A DNA stretch of 64,000 nucleotides from Alphaproteobacteria bacterium. GTDB taxonomy: Bacteria > Pseudomonadota > Alphaproteobacteria > Geminicoccales > Geminicoccaceae. The translations under genes were made by a program, and so were the position numbers. The stretch lies in contig JALSGP010000009.1 in NCBI GenBank assembly GCA_026982705.1, forward strand, positions 29,429 to 93,428, in the 5' to 3' direction. This document shows, in pieces, positions 16,367 to 28,285 of the stretch. Each line of letters opens with the position of its first letter. Position 1 is the first letter of the stretch. The notes beneath the pieces were generated by a model, which did no database searches, had not been told where the DNA came from, and saw nothing but the letters and a program-made list of their open reading frames with translations.

Positions 16367-16548
16367 GGAGATACGGCGAGTTTTCCCCGAAGGGGGATCC
16401 GGAACGTCACGGGCGTCGCGGCGATCGTCCCGTGACGTATCGGCCGGAGTCGGGGTCCGGGTAACAGGGGATCCGGGGCACCCGGCCCCGTCCTCCGGCC
16501 ACCGCCGGCCGGTGCCGGCTCTTCGATGCCTCCCCGACTAACCAACTC

Positions 16549-16580
16549 GGGCCATCGGCTCCGCCGGTGGCCCCTTTTTT
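16549..16580 (+). terminator. rho-independent terminator after cbbX
   Basis: Stem gggccatcgg (16549-16558) pairs with ccggtggccc (16564-16573), including one G-U pair. 5-nt loop, then c + TTTTTT (16575-16580). Confidence 0.7.
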
Positions 16581-16615
16581 CCCGCCTCTACACCCGCATC
16601 AGGGAGACAGGCAAG

Positions 16616-17284
16616 ATGGAGCGCAGGCTGCTGATCGCCCCCTCGATCCTCTCGGCCGACTTCGCCCGCCTCGGCGAGGAGGTGAAGGCGGTGGACGAGG
16701 CCGGTGCCGACTGGATCCATCTCGACGTCATGGACGGCCACTTCGTCCCCAACATCACCTTCGGACCCCAGGTGGTGAAGGCGATCCGCCCCTGGTCGAA
16801 GAAGTGCTTCGACACCCATCTCATGATCGAGCCGGTGGATCCCTACGTGGAGGCCTTCGCCGCCGCCGGCGCCGACCGGATCATCGTCCATGTGGAGGCC
16901 ACCCGTCATCTCGACCGCACCCTCCAGCTGGTGGCCGGCACCGGTGCCCGGGCCGGCGTCTCCCTCAATCCCCACACGCCGGAGAGCCTCGTGGAGTACG
17001 TGCTGGACCGGGTGGACCTGGTGCTGGTCATGAGCGTCAACCCCGGCTTCGGCGGTCAGAAGTTCATCCCCGCCGTCCTCAAGAAGATCCGCCGCCTGCG
17101 GCGCATGATCGGCGACCGGCCGGTCCACGTGGAGGTGGACGGCGGCATCGATCCCACCACCGCGCCCCTCGTGGTGGAGGCGGGGGCCGACGTGCTGGTG
17201 GCGGGCTCGGCGGTGTTCGGCCGGCCGCCCTATGCCGAGGCCATCGCCGCCCTGCGCGCGGCCGAACGGCATCTGGTACGCTGA
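16616..17284 (+). CDS. rpe: ribulose-phosphate 3-epimerase
   Basis: Internal ATG 16616. [45 protein letters not shown] is canonical Rpe. Confidence 0.9.
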   Translation: MERRLLIAPSILSADFARLGEEVKAVDEAGADWIHLDVMDGHFVPNITFGPQVVKAIRPWSKKCFDTHLMIEPVDPYVEAFAAAGADRIIVHVEATRHLDRTLQLVAGTGARAGVSLNPHTPESLVEYVLDRVDLVLVMSVNPGFGGQKFIPAVLKKIRRLRRMIGDRPVHVEVDGGIDPTTAPLVVEAGADVLVAGSAVFGRPPYAEAIAALRAAERHLVR

Positions 17285-17326
17285 GACCATGCGACCATCG
17301 GCCGCGATGGACGCTCTCATTCTGTT

Positions 17327-17340
17327 CATATAAAAATATG
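17327..17340. promoter_or_regulatory. A/T-rich palindrome upstream of sqr (candidate operator/promoter element)
   Basis: CATAT-AAAA-ATATG lies inside the only A/T-rich stretch between rpe and sqr (ttcatataaaaatatgcgtatcatcgtgtgaaaatcc), ~37 nt upstream of the sqr ATG. Confidence 0.25.
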
Positions 17341-17376
17341 CGTATCATCGTGTGAAAATCCGGGAGGGAAGTCTCC

Positions 17377-18651
17377 ATGACCACCATCGTCGTCCTCGGC
17401 GCGGGCGTGGGCGGCATCAGCGCGGCCTACGAGCTCCGGCAGGTGCGGAAGCCGGGCGAGGAGATCCTCGTGATCTCCGACCGCCCCACCTTCGACTTCA
17501 CCCCCTCCAACCCCTGGGTGGCGGTGGGCTGGCGCGAGCCGCGCCAGATCCGGGTGGAGCTGGCCCCCCTCTTCGCCCGCTTCGGCATCGGCTTCACCGA
17601 CAAGGGAGCCCGGCGGGTGCATCCCGACCGCAATGTGGTGGAACTCGCCGACGGCAGCACCGTCACCTACGACTATCTGGTCGTCGCCACCGGCCCCCGC
17701 CTCGCTTTCGACGAGGTGCCGGGCCTCGGCCCCCACGGCGGCTTCACCACCTCGGTGTGCACCACCGACCACGCCCGCATGGCCTTCGAGCGGTGGAAGG
17801 ACTTCGTCGAGAAGCCGGGGCCGGTGGTGGTGGGGGCGGTCCAGGGTGCCTCCTGCTTCGGACCCGCCTACGAGTTCGCCTTCATCATGGACGCCGACCT
17901 CCGACGGCGGAAGATCCGCCACCGGGTCCCCATGACCCTCGTCACCTCGGAGCCCTACATCGGCCATCTCGGCCTCGGCGGCGTCGGGGACTCCAAGGGG
18001 ATGCTCGAGTCGGAGCTGCGCCAGCACCACATCGATTGGATCACCAACGCCCGGGTGGAGAGGGTGGAACCGGGGGTGATGCACGTGGTGGAGGTGGACG
18101 CCTCGGGACGGGAAAAGGCCCGCCACGAGCTGCCCTTCGCCTTTTCCATGATGCTGCCGGCCTTCAAGGGGGTGGAGGCGGTCTTCGGCATCGAGGGGCT
18201 GGTCAATCCCCGCGGCTTCGTGATCGTCGACGACTACCAGCGCAATCCCACCTATCGCAACGTCTTCGCTACCGGCGTCTGCGTCGCCATCCCGCCGGTG
18301 GAGGCGACGCCGGTTCCCACCGGCGCACCCAAGACGGGCTACATGATCGAGACCATGAGCCACGCCGCGGCGCTCAACATCCGCGCCCTCATCGACGGTC
18401 GCGAACCCCATGCCCGTCCCACCTGGAACGCCATCTGCCTCGCCGACATGGGCGACGACGGCATCGCCTTCGTCGCCATCCCGCAGATCCCGCCCCGCAA
18501 CGTCAACTGGATGAAGAAGGGCAAGTGGGTGCATCTCGCCAAGGTGGCCTTCGAGAAGTACTTCCTCCGCAAGGTGCGGAGCGGTACCATCGAGACCTTC
18601 TACGAGAAGCGCACCCTCCAGCTCCTCGGCATCGAGAAGCTGGCGAGCTGA
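17377..18651 (+). CDS. sqr: sulfide:quinone oxidoreductase (FAD-dependent pyridine nucleotide-disulfide oxidoreductase)
   Basis: MTTIVVLGAGVGGISAAYEL FAD fold, FDFTPSNPWVAVGW, YDYLVVATGP. Size and motifs fit SQR. Confidence 0.8.
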   Translation: MTTIVVLGAGVGGISAAYELRQVRKPGEEILVISDRPTFDFTPSNPWVAVGWREPRQIRVELAPLFARFGIGFTDKGARRVHPDRNVVELADGSTVTYDYLVVATGPRLAFDEVPGLGPHGGFTTSVCTTDHARMAFERWKDFVEKPGPVVVGAVQGASCFGPAYEFAFIMDADLRRRKIRHRVPMTLVTSEPYIGHLGLGGVGDSKGMLESELRQHHIDWITNARVERVEPGVMHVVEVDASGREKARHELPFAFSMMLPAFKGVEAVFGIEGLVNPRGFVIVDDYQRNPTYRNVFATGVCVAIPPVEATPVPTGAPKTGYMIETMSHAAALNIRALIDGREPHARPTWNAICLADMGDDGIAFVAIPQIPPRNVNWMKKGKWVHLAKVAFEKYFLRKVRSGTIETFYEKRTLQLLGIEKLAS

Positions 18652-18732
18652 CGGGGATTCCGCCGGCGCAGCGGTCACCGGACGGGAAGGCACGGGACGG
18701 GCCGACGCGGGCCCGCCCCTTCCGTGTGCGCC

Positions 18733-20520
18733 TCAGCCCTCGGCCGGGACGGCGGCATCCTCCACCACGAAGCGCACCCGCTCGCGCCGCTGCCAGCGGT
18801 CCAGCACCACCCGTCCCGCCAGCCACAGCCGCGTGCGGCCGGCCAGGAGCGCCTCCCCCAGCGGGGTGCCGGCGCTGCGGAAGGCGATGGCCTCCACCCC
18901 GCCGCCGCCGGTCCCGGCGAGCCACAGTCGCACATGGTCGCGCCCCACCACCCGCGCACCCCTGGGGATCGCGTCCACCAGCGCGAAGCGGGGTTCGGGA
19001 TTGCCGGGGCCGAAGGGGGCGAGACGGGCGAGCAGACGGGCGAGGTCGAGGCGGACGCCGCGGGTGGTGAGATGGCCGTCGAGCCACAGCGGCCGGCGCT
19101 CCGGCGGACCGCGGAAGACGTGGTGGGCGCGCTCGGCGAGGAAGTCGAGGAAGGCCTCCCGCTTCCCATCGGCGAGGGTGAAGCCGGCCGCGAGCTCGTG
19201 ACCGCCGCCGGCCTCCAGGAGTCCGGCCCGGCGGGCGGCGATCACCGCCGCGCCCACGTCGAATCCCTCGACGGAGCGGGCGGAGCCGCGGACGTGTCCG
19301 CGGCCGTCGTGACCGCCCACGAAGCTGGGCCGGTCGAAGCGTTCGGTGAGCCGGCCGGCGACGATCCCCACCACGCCCGGATGCCAGCCGCCGCCGGCGG
19401 CGAACAGCACCGGCCGGTCGCGCTCGAGCTGGGGGCGCACGCAGGCGAGGGCCGCCTCCAGCACCCGCTGCTCCAGCTCCTGGCGGCGCCGGTTGAGGCG
19501 ATCGAGCTCGGCGGCGAGCCGTGCCACCTCCTCCTCGTCCTCGGCCAGCAGCAGCCGCACGGCGAGATCGCTCGCCCCCAACCGACCGCCGGCATTCAGC
19601 CGCGGCCCCAGCACGTAGCCCAGATGCCGGGCCTCGCCGGGTCCCTCGATGCGGGCCACGCGGGCGAGCTCGGCGAGCCCCGGGACCCGCGAGCGCGTCG
19701 CCACCTTCAGCCCCTGGGCCACGAAGGCGCGATTGAGGCCGGTGAGGGGCACCACGTCGCAGACCGTGCCGAGGGCCACCAGATCCAGCCACGCCCTGAG
19801 GTCCGGTTCGGTGCGGTCGGTGAAGGCGCCGCGGCGGCGCAGCTCGCGATTGGCGGCCACCAGCAGCACGAAGGTGACGCCGACGGCGGCGAGATGACCG
19901 AGGGGACTCGCCTGGTCCCGCCGGTTGGGATTGACGAGGGCAAAGGCCGGCGGCAGGGCCTCCTCGGCCTGGTGGTGGTCCACCACCACCACCTCCAGTC
20001 CCAATCGCCGCGCCTCCTCCAGCGCCGCGAAGGCGGTGGTGCCGGCATCCAGCACCAGCACCAGGCGGATGCCCGCCTCGGCCAGGGTCGCCAGCAGGGC
20101 GGGATGGGGCCCGTAGCCGTGCTCGAGGCGATCCGGCACCACCACGCGGAAGGAGACGTCCAGGGCCCCGAGCCAGCGGCCCAGCAACGCCGCCGCACTG
20201 GCCCCGTCCACGTCGTAGTCGGTGAGGATCCCCACCGGCTCGCGCCGCAGCACGGCATCCGCGAGCCGCCCGGCGGCCCGGTCCATGTCCCGCAGGTGGG
20301 AGGGATCGGGCAGCCAGTCGCGGATGCGGGGGGTGAGATGGTGCGGCACCTCCGCCACCGTCACCCCGCGGGCGGCCAGCACCCGCCCCACCACTTCCGG
20401 CAGGCCGTGGCGCTGGGCGATGGCGAGGGCGCGGCCGGCCGGCGCATCCCTGAGTCGCCACGGCCGGCCGGTGAGCGAGATCGTCTCCGCCGCCCGCTCG
20501 GCGGGCGGGGCCAGGGTCAC
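18733..20520 (-). CDS. recJ: single-stranded-DNA-specific exonuclease RecJ
   Basis: GTG start 3 nt after the glpX stop. DHH-family motifs ILTDYDVDGASAAA, VLVLDAGT, VVVVDHHQ and GGHELAAG. Confidence 0.85.
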   Translation of the reverse strand: MTLAPPAERAAETISLTGRPWRLRDAPAGRALAIAQRHGLPEVVGRVLAARGVTVAEVPHHLTPRIRDWLPDPSHLRDMDRAAGRLADAVLRREPVGILTDYDVDGASAAALLGRWLGALDVSFRVVVPDRLEHGYGPHPALLATLAEAGIRLVLVLDAGTTAFAALEEARRLGLEVVVVDHHQAEEALPPAFALVNPNRRDQASPLGHLAAVGVTFVLLVAANRELRRRGAFTDRTEPDLRAWLDLVALGTVCDVVPLTGLNRAFVAQGLKVATRSRVPGLAELARVARIEGPGEARHLGYVLGPRLNAGGRLGASDLAVRLLLAEDEEEVARLAAELDRLNRRRQELEQRVLEAALACVRPQLERDRPVLFAAGGGWHPGVVGIVAGRLTERFDRPSFVGGHDGRGHVRGSARSVEGFDVGAAVIAARRAGLLEAGGGHELAAGFTLADGKREAFLDFLAERAHHVFRGPPERRPLWLDGHLTTRGVRLDLARLLARLAPFGPGNPEPRFALVDAIPRGARVVGRDHVRLWLAGTGGGGVEAIAFRSAGTPLGEALLAGRTRLWLAGRVVLDRWQRRERVRFVVEDAAVPAEG

Positions 20521-20523
20521 CGC

Positions 20524-21516
20524 TCAGCCCCGGAAGTGGGGCACGGCGCGCATCTTCTGCGGCAGGTCGTGCTCCGCCTCGATGATGCGCACCGTGCCGG
20601 TCTTGGAGCGCATGACGATGGAATGGGTGTAGACCCTGGTGCCGATGCGGCGCACGCCCCGCAACATGGTGCCGTCGGTGACGCCGGTGGCGGCGAACAT
20701 GACGTCGCCACCCGCCAGCTCGTGGATGTCGTAGATGCGGTCCGGGTCCTCGATGCCCATGCGGCGGGCACGCGCGCGCTCCTCGTCGTTGCGGAACACG
20801 AGACGTCCCTGGAACTGGCCGCCGATGCAGCGGAGCGCCGCCGCCGCCAGCACCCCCTCGGGGGCACCGCCGATGCCCATGTAGATGTCGATGCCGGTCT
20901 CCGGGCGGGCGGTGGCGATGACGCCGGCCACGTCGCCATCGGTGATGAGGCGGATGCGGGCACCGGCCTCGCGCACCTCGCGGATCAGCCGCTCGTGGCG
21001 GGGGCGGTCGAGGATCAGCACCACCAGATCCTCCACCGTCACCCCCTTGGCCTCGGCGAGGCGGCGGAGGTTCTCGGCCGGCGGATCGTCGAGGCGCACC
21101 ACCCCCTGCGGGAGTCCGGGGCCGACGGCGATCTTCTCCATGTAGGTGTCGGGGGCGTGGAGGAAGCCGCCGCGCGGCGCCATGGCGATGCAGGAGATGG
21201 CGTTGGGCCCGCCCTTGGCGGTGATGGTGGTGCCCTCCAGCGGATCGAGGGCGATGTCCACCTCGGGTCCGCGGCCGGTCCCCACCTTCTCGCCGATGTA
21301 CAGCATCGGCGCCTCGTCCCGCTCGCCCTCGCCGATCACCACCGTGCCGTCGATGTCCAGCACGTTGAGGGCGCGGCGCATGGCGTCCACCGCCGCCTGG
21401 TCGGCGGCGCGCTCGTCGCCGCGGCCCATGAGCCGGGCGCTGGCCAGCGCCGCCGCCTCGGTCACGCGCACGGAATCCAGCGCCAGATTGCGATCCTCGC
21501 TGTGATAATCGGCCAT
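20524..21516 (-). CDS. glpX: class II (GlpX-type) fructose-1,6-bisphosphatase, second paralogue
   Basis: VRVTEAAALASARLMGRGDERAADQAAVDAMR, VVIGEGERDEAP, DPLEGT. Lies in the hom-glpX-recJ arrangement. Confidence 0.85.
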   Translation of the reverse strand: MADYHSEDRNLALDSVRVTEAAALASARLMGRGDERAADQAAVDAMRRALNVLDIDGTVVIGEGERDEAPMLYIGEKVGTGRGPEVDIALDPLEGTTITAKGGPNAISCIAMAPRGGFLHAPDTYMEKIAVGPGLPQGVVRLDDPPAENLRRLAEAKGVTVEDLVVLILDRPRHERLIREVREAGARIRLITDGDVAGVIATARPETGIDIYMGIGGAPEGVLAAAALRCIGGQFQGRLVFRNDEERARARRMGIEDPDRIYDIHELAGGDVMFAATGVTDGTMLRGVRRIGTRVYTHSIVMRSKTGTVRIIEAEHDLPQKMRAVPHFRG

Positions 21517-21550
21517 GGTCTCCCTCTCTCCCTCGGACGTGGCGATTCCC

Positions 21551-22864
21551 TCAGGCGGCGGGCTCGCCGTCGCGGAAGGGTTCGATCCGGATCATCCGCG
21601 GCGGCTCCAGCACCGAGGCGAGGTCGCCGATGCGGGCGAGGGCCGCCGTCATGGCCTCCTCCCGCACCTCGTGGGTGGTGAGCACGATGGGCACCCCCTG
21701 CCCCGGATTGCGCGCCCGCTGGATCAGCGCCTCGATGGAGACGGCGTGGTCGCGGAGGATGGCGGCGATCTCGGCCAGCACGCCCGGCCGGTCCACCACC
21801 TGCAGGCGGATGTAGTAGCTGCCCTCGTGGCGGCTCATGGGCGCCGGCGTCGGCTCCATGAGGCGGTCGGCCGGGACGCCGAAGACGGGCAGGCGTACGC
21901 CGCGGGCGAGGTCCGCCAGGTCCGCCACCACCGCCGAGGCGGTGGGGCCGCCGCCGGCGCCCCGTCCCTCGTAGACGGTGGTGCCGACGAAGTCGCCCTC
22001 GACGGTGACGCCGTTGTAGACCCCCTCCACCTGGGCGATGGGCGCCGCCGCCGGCACCATGGCCGGATGCACCCGCTGCTCCAGCCCGTGCTCGGTCATG
22101 CGCGCCACGCCCAGGAGCTTGATGCGGTAGCCCAGCTCCTCGGCGAAGGCGATGTCGAGCGGCGTGACGTGACGGATGCCCTCCACGTGGACGGCGTCGA
22201 AGCGCGGGACGCCGCCGTAGGCGACGGCCGCCAGCAATGCCAGCTTGTGGGCCGCGTCGACGCCGTCCACGTCGAAGCCGGGATCGGCCTCGGCATAGCC
22301 CAGCCGCTGGGCCTCGGCGAGGACGTCGTCGAAGGTCCGGCCGGTCTCGCGCATCTGGGTGAGGATGTAGTTGCAGGTGCCGTTGAGGATGCCGTAGACG
22401 CGGCGGATGCGGTTGCCGGCGAGTCCTTCCCGCAGCGCCTTGACCACCGGAATGCCCCCCGCCACCGCCGCCTCCCAGGCGATGGTGGCGCCGTGGCGCT
22501 CGGCGAGGCGGGCGAGCCGGGCGCCGTGGTGCGCGAGCAGCGCCTTGTTGGCGGTGACCACCGGCTTGCCGGCGGCGAGGGCCGTCTCCACCACCTCGCG
22601 GGCGATGCCGTCGCTGCCGCCGATGAGCTCGCACACCACGTCCACCTCGGGATGGGCGGCAAGGGCGCGGGGATCGTCGAACCACTCCACGCCGGCGAGA
22701 TCGAGGCCGCGCTCGCGCCGGCGGTGGCGGGCGCTCACCCCGCGGATCTCGAAGAGGCGGCCGGTGCGCGCCCGCAGCAGCTCGCGGTGGCCGCACAGCA
22801 GCCGGAAGACGCTGGCGCCGACCGTGCCGAGGCCGGCGATGCCGATCCGGAAGGATGTCGTCAT
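21551..22864 (-). CDS. hom: homoserine dehydrogenase (with C-terminal ACT domain)
   Basis: ATG at 22864 in ORF 21551..23299. FRIGIAGLGTVGASVFRLL, VVTANKALLA and a C-terminal YYIRLQVVDRPGVLAEIAAIL ACT-like region. Confidence 0.85.
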   Translation of the reverse strand: MTTSFRIGIAGLGTVGASVFRLLCGHRELLRARTGRLFEIRGVSARHRRRERGLDLAGVEWFDDPRALAAHPEVDVVCELIGGSDGIAREVVETALAAGKPVVTANKALLAHHGARLARLAERHGATIAWEAAVAGGIPVVKALREGLAGNRIRRVYGILNGTCNYILTQMRETGRTFDDVLAEAQRLGYAEADPGFDVDGVDAAHKLALLAAVAYGGVPRFDAVHVEGIRHVTPLDIAFAEELGYRIKLLGVARMTEHGLEQRVHPAMVPAAAPIAQVEGVYNGVTVEGDFVGTTVYEGRGAGGGPTASAVVADLADLARGVRLPVFGVPADRLMEPTPAPMSRHEGSYYIRLQVVDRPGVLAEIAAILRDHAVSIEALIQRARNPGQGVPIVLTTHEVREEAMTAALARIGDLASVLEPPRMIRIEPFRDGEPAA

Positions 22865-22865
22865 C

Positions 22866-24113
22866 TCACTCCACGGGCTCGGTTCGCGGTCGCTCCGACA
22901 GCCGGGCCGGCAGGGCGCCCGGCGGCTCCACGCCGTGACGGCGCAGGAACTGGCGGATGTTGCGCACGGCCTGGCGCAGGCGATGGCGGTTCTCCACCAG
23001 CGCCATGCGCACATGGCCCTCGCCGTACTCGCCGAAGCCGATGCCGGGGGCCACGGCCACGTCCGCCTCCTCCAGCAGCCGCTTGGCGAAGGCCAGCGAT
23101 CCCATGGCCCGGAAGGGCTCGGGCACCGGCGCCCAGACGAACATGGTGGCGGTGGGACGCGGCACCGGCCAGCCGGCGCGGCGCAGTCCGTCCACCAGCA
23201 CGTCGCGGCGCTCGCGGTAGAGGCGGCGGATGTCGGCGACACAGTCCTGGGGCCCGTGCAGGGCGGCCGCCGCCGCCACCTGGATGGGGGTGAAGGCACC
23301 GTAGTCGAGGTAGGACTTGATGCGGGCGAGGGCGGCGATCAGCCGCTCGTTGCCGGCGGCGAAGCCGATGCGCCAGCCGGGCATGCTGTAGGTCTTGGAC
23401 ATGCTGGAGAATTCCACCGCCACCTCCATGGCCCCCGGCACCTGGAGGATGGAGGGCGGCGGATCGCCGTCGAAGTAGATCTCCGCATAGGCGATGTCGG
23501 AGAGGATGAACATGTCGCGCCTGCGGGCGAAGGCCACCGCCTCGCGGTAGAAGTCGAGATCGACGGTGATGGTGGTGGGATTGTTGGGAAAGTTGAGGAT
23601 CATGGCCGTCGGCGGCGGCACCGAGTGTTCCGCCGCGTGGGCGAACTCGGCCACGAGATCGACGCCGGGGGCGAGGTGGACGTGGCGGATGGCGGCGCCG
23701 GCGATGATGAAGCCGTAGGGATGGATGGGATAGGAGGGGTTGGGCACGAGGATGGTGTCGCCGGGGGCGGTGATGGCCTGGGCGAGATTGGCCAATCCCT
23801 CCTTGGAGCCCAGCGTCACCACCACCTGGGTCTCGGGATCGAGCCGCACGCCGAAACGACGGGCGTAGTAGGCGGCGAGGGCCCGCCGCAGGCCGGGGAT
23901 GCCGCGGGAGGTGGAGTAGCGGTGGGTGCGGGGGTTGCGCACCGTCTCGATCAGCTTCTCGACGATGTGGGCGGGTGTGGGGGAGTCGGGATTGCCCATG
24001 CCGAGGTCGATGACGTCGCGGCCGGCGGCGCGGGCGCGCGCCTTCATCTCGTTGACCTCGGCGAAGACGTAGGGCGGCAGCCGACGGATGCGGTGGAAGG
24101 TGGTATCCGGCAT
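22866..24113 (-). CDS. class I/II PLP-dependent aminotransferase (AlaC/aspartate-aminotransferase-like)
   Basis: ATG 24113 in ORF 22866..24413. [33 protein letters not shown] and the PLP lysine region [14 protein letters not shown]. Stop lies 1 nt before the hom start. Confidence 0.8.
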   Translation of the reverse strand: MPDTTFHRIRRLPPYVFAEVNEMKARARAAGRDVIDLGMGNPDSPTPAHIVEKLIETVRNPRTHRYSTSRGIPGLRRALAAYYARRFGVRLDPETQVVVTLGSKEGLANLAQAITAPGDTILVPNPSYPIHPYGFIIAGAAIRHVHLAPGVDLVAEFAHAAEHSVPPPTAMILNFPNNPTTITVDLDFYREAVAFARRRDMFILSDIAYAEIYFDGDPPPSILQVPGAMEVAVEFSSMSKTYSMPGWRIGFAAGNERLIAALARIKSYLDYGAFTPIQVAAAAALHGPQDCVADIRRLYRERRDVLVDGLRRAGWPVPRPTATMFVWAPVPEPFRAMGSLAFAKRLLEEADVAVAPGIGFGEYGEGHVRMALVENRHRLRQAVRNIRQFLRRHGVEPPGALPARLSERPRTEPVE

Positions 24114-24273
24114 GGGATCCCCGATCCTCCGGGCCCGTGGACGGCGCGGGCGCATCCAATCTGTCGCCGGCACCCCCCGCTGGCAAGCCGGCCCGCGGCT
24201 TGAAACGCCCGCGGCGCGGCGCCACTTCACGGCCCGGCTGCGGCCATTGCCCCGGTCCAGCGCGCGAGGTGGA

Positions 24274-26688
<2,415 letters not shown>

Positions 26689-26730
26689 GGGGCGTTCGGA
26701 GGCCGGACCGGCGCGGGACGGTTCCATGCG

Positions 26731-26756
26731 GGTGGTGCGTGACCGCGCGCACCACC
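26731..26756. terminator. hairpin in the convergent lon / NUDIX gap (candidate terminator)
   Basis: ggtggtgcg (26731-26739) and cgcaccacc (26748-26756) form a perfect 9-bp stem with an 8-nt loop. No clear U-run on either strand. Confidence 0.35.
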
Positions 26757-26772
26757 GGTGCGGGACGATCCC

Positions 26773-27252
26773 TCACCCTCCGTCCGCATCCGCCAGCGGC
26801 ACGCCGAGAAGGGCCAGTCCCCGGCGCAGCACCTCGCGGGTGCGGCTCCAGTCCAGCCGACGCAGTGCCTCGGCCGGCGGCATCCAGCCCAGCTCGGCCG
26901 CATCCGAGGCGGCGCGGGGGCGCCCCGGCTCCGCGCGGGCGGCATAGTCGACCAGCGTATAGTGGCGTCGCACGCGGCCTTCCGCGTCGCGCTCGATCAG
27001 ATCCACCACCGCCACCAGATGGAGGGTCCCGAGGGCGAGGCCGGTCTCCTCCGCCACCTCGCGGCGGGCCGCCTCCTCCACCGTCTCGCCGAGCCGCTGG
27101 AGACCGCCGGGGATGGACCAGCGACCGGCGTGCGGCGGCCGACCGCGGCGCACCAGCAGCACCCGTCCCTCCCGCACCACCACCACCCCCACGCCCACCC
27201 GGGGATGGGCGGGATAAAGCCGACCATGCGCGTCACAGCGGCGAGCGCTCAC
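26773..27252 (-). CDS. NUDIX hydrolase
   Basis: C-terminal part of ORF 26773..27849. Nudix box [23 protein letters not shown]. No in-frame ATG before the domain, so GTG at 27252 ([10 protein letters not shown]...) was taken as start. Confidence 0.7.
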   Translation of the reverse strand: MSARRCDAHGRLYPAHPRVGVGVVVVREGRVLLVRRGRPPHAGRWSIPGGLQRLGETVEEAARREVAEETGLALGTLHLVAVVDLIERDAEGRVRRHYTLVDYAARAEPGRPRAASDAAELGWMPPAEALRRLDWSRTREVLRRGLALLGVPLADADGG

Positions 27253-27356
27253 GACCGGTTGACTCCAATTCAACCCACGGTTATAAACCGCCCCGCACCG
27301 ATCGACCGGAGGGCACAGCGGCCGGTCGGTGTGACGGACCGATGAGATGGGACCCT

Positions 27357-27383
27357 GGGGGGCTGTTCGAAAGAACAGTCCCC
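27357..27383 (-). terminator. hairpin abutting the stop of the OmpA/MotB-like gene
   Basis: Minus strand reads GGGGaCTGTTC-TTTC-GAACAGCCCC (6 perfect bp plus a G/C clamp with one bulge). No U-run. Confidence 0.3.
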
Positions 27384-28279
27384 TACGGGTCCCGTCGGTC
27401 CTCCGTCCGCCGCGGGGGCTCGATCCCCCGTTCCACCCGCCGCCGCAGTTCCGCCACCTCCGGCGCCTCCGGAGCCGCCAGCACGAAGCGCAGGTCGATG
27501 CGTCGGTTGCGGCGGCGCGAGGCGGCATCCCGGTTGGGCACCACCGGCCGCCTGGCCTCGTAGGCGGAGATCCCGAGCAGCGCCTCGCCGCGGGAGTTGC
27601 GCAGCAGGTCCAGAAGCGGCTGGTCGGCCACCAGCGCCCGGAAGGTGTGGATGGCGCGGGCTGCCGAGAGCTCCCAGTTGTCGCGGAAGGGGCCGCCGCG
27701 GATGGGCAGATCGTCGGTATGCCCCTCGACGAGCACCGCCTCCAGGATCGGCCGGCTGCCGCGCGGACAGTCGCCGCGGGCGGCGGGCGGCGCGACGGCG
27801 TGGCAGGGGAGCACCAGCGCCAGCACTTCGGCCAGCGCCCGCAGGGCACGATGCCCCTCCGGCGTGAGCTCGGCGCTGCCGAGGGGGAAGAGCAGCTCCT
27901 CCGGCAGCCGCAGCACGCCCTTCTCCGGCGCCAACGCCACCCGGACCTCCCGTTCCGCCAGCAGTGTGGCGATCCGCACCATCATGGCGCGGCGCTCGGC
28001 CTCGCGGCTCTCCAGCCGCTCCACCACCCGGCGCAGGGTATCGCGTTCCTCGCGCAGGCGATCCCGCTCGCGGTCGAGGGCGCGGCGGGCCCGCTCCACC
28101 GCTTCCAGCCGCCGCTCCAGCTCGGCGCGGGTCACGTCGGCCTCTCGCTGGGCGGTGCGGAACTGGAGGGCGTAGGCCATGAGCAGGATGATGAAGAGGA
28201 AGAGCAGACCCACCATGAGGTCGCTCACGGAGGCGAGATAGCCTCCTTCCGCTGCCCGGCCCTCGCCCGTCTCCCGCAC
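27383..28279 (-). CDS. MotB-like stator protein with C-terminal OmpA peptidoglycan-binding domain
   Basis: GTG start 6 nt after the upstream gene's stop. N-terminal TM with a conserved Asp (YLASVSDLMVGLLFLFIILL), a long coiled coil, and an OmpA-like C-terminus (VEGHTDDLPI, NWELSAARA, NRRIDLRF). Confidence 0.75.
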   Translation of the reverse strand: MRETGEGRAAEGGYLASVSDLMVGLLFLFIILLMAYALQFRTAQREADVTRAELERRLEAVERARRALDRERDRLREERDTLRRVVERLESREAERRAMMVRIATLLAEREVRVALAPEKGVLRLPEELLFPLGSAELTPEGHRALRALAEVLALVLPCHAVAPPAARGDCPRGSRPILEAVLVEGHTDDLPIRGGPFRDNWELSAARAIHTFRALVADQPLLDLLRNSRGEALLGISAYEARRPVVPNRDAASRRRNRRIDLRFVLAAPEAPEVAELRRRVERGIEPPRRTEDRRDP

Positions 28280-28285
28280 CGTGCC

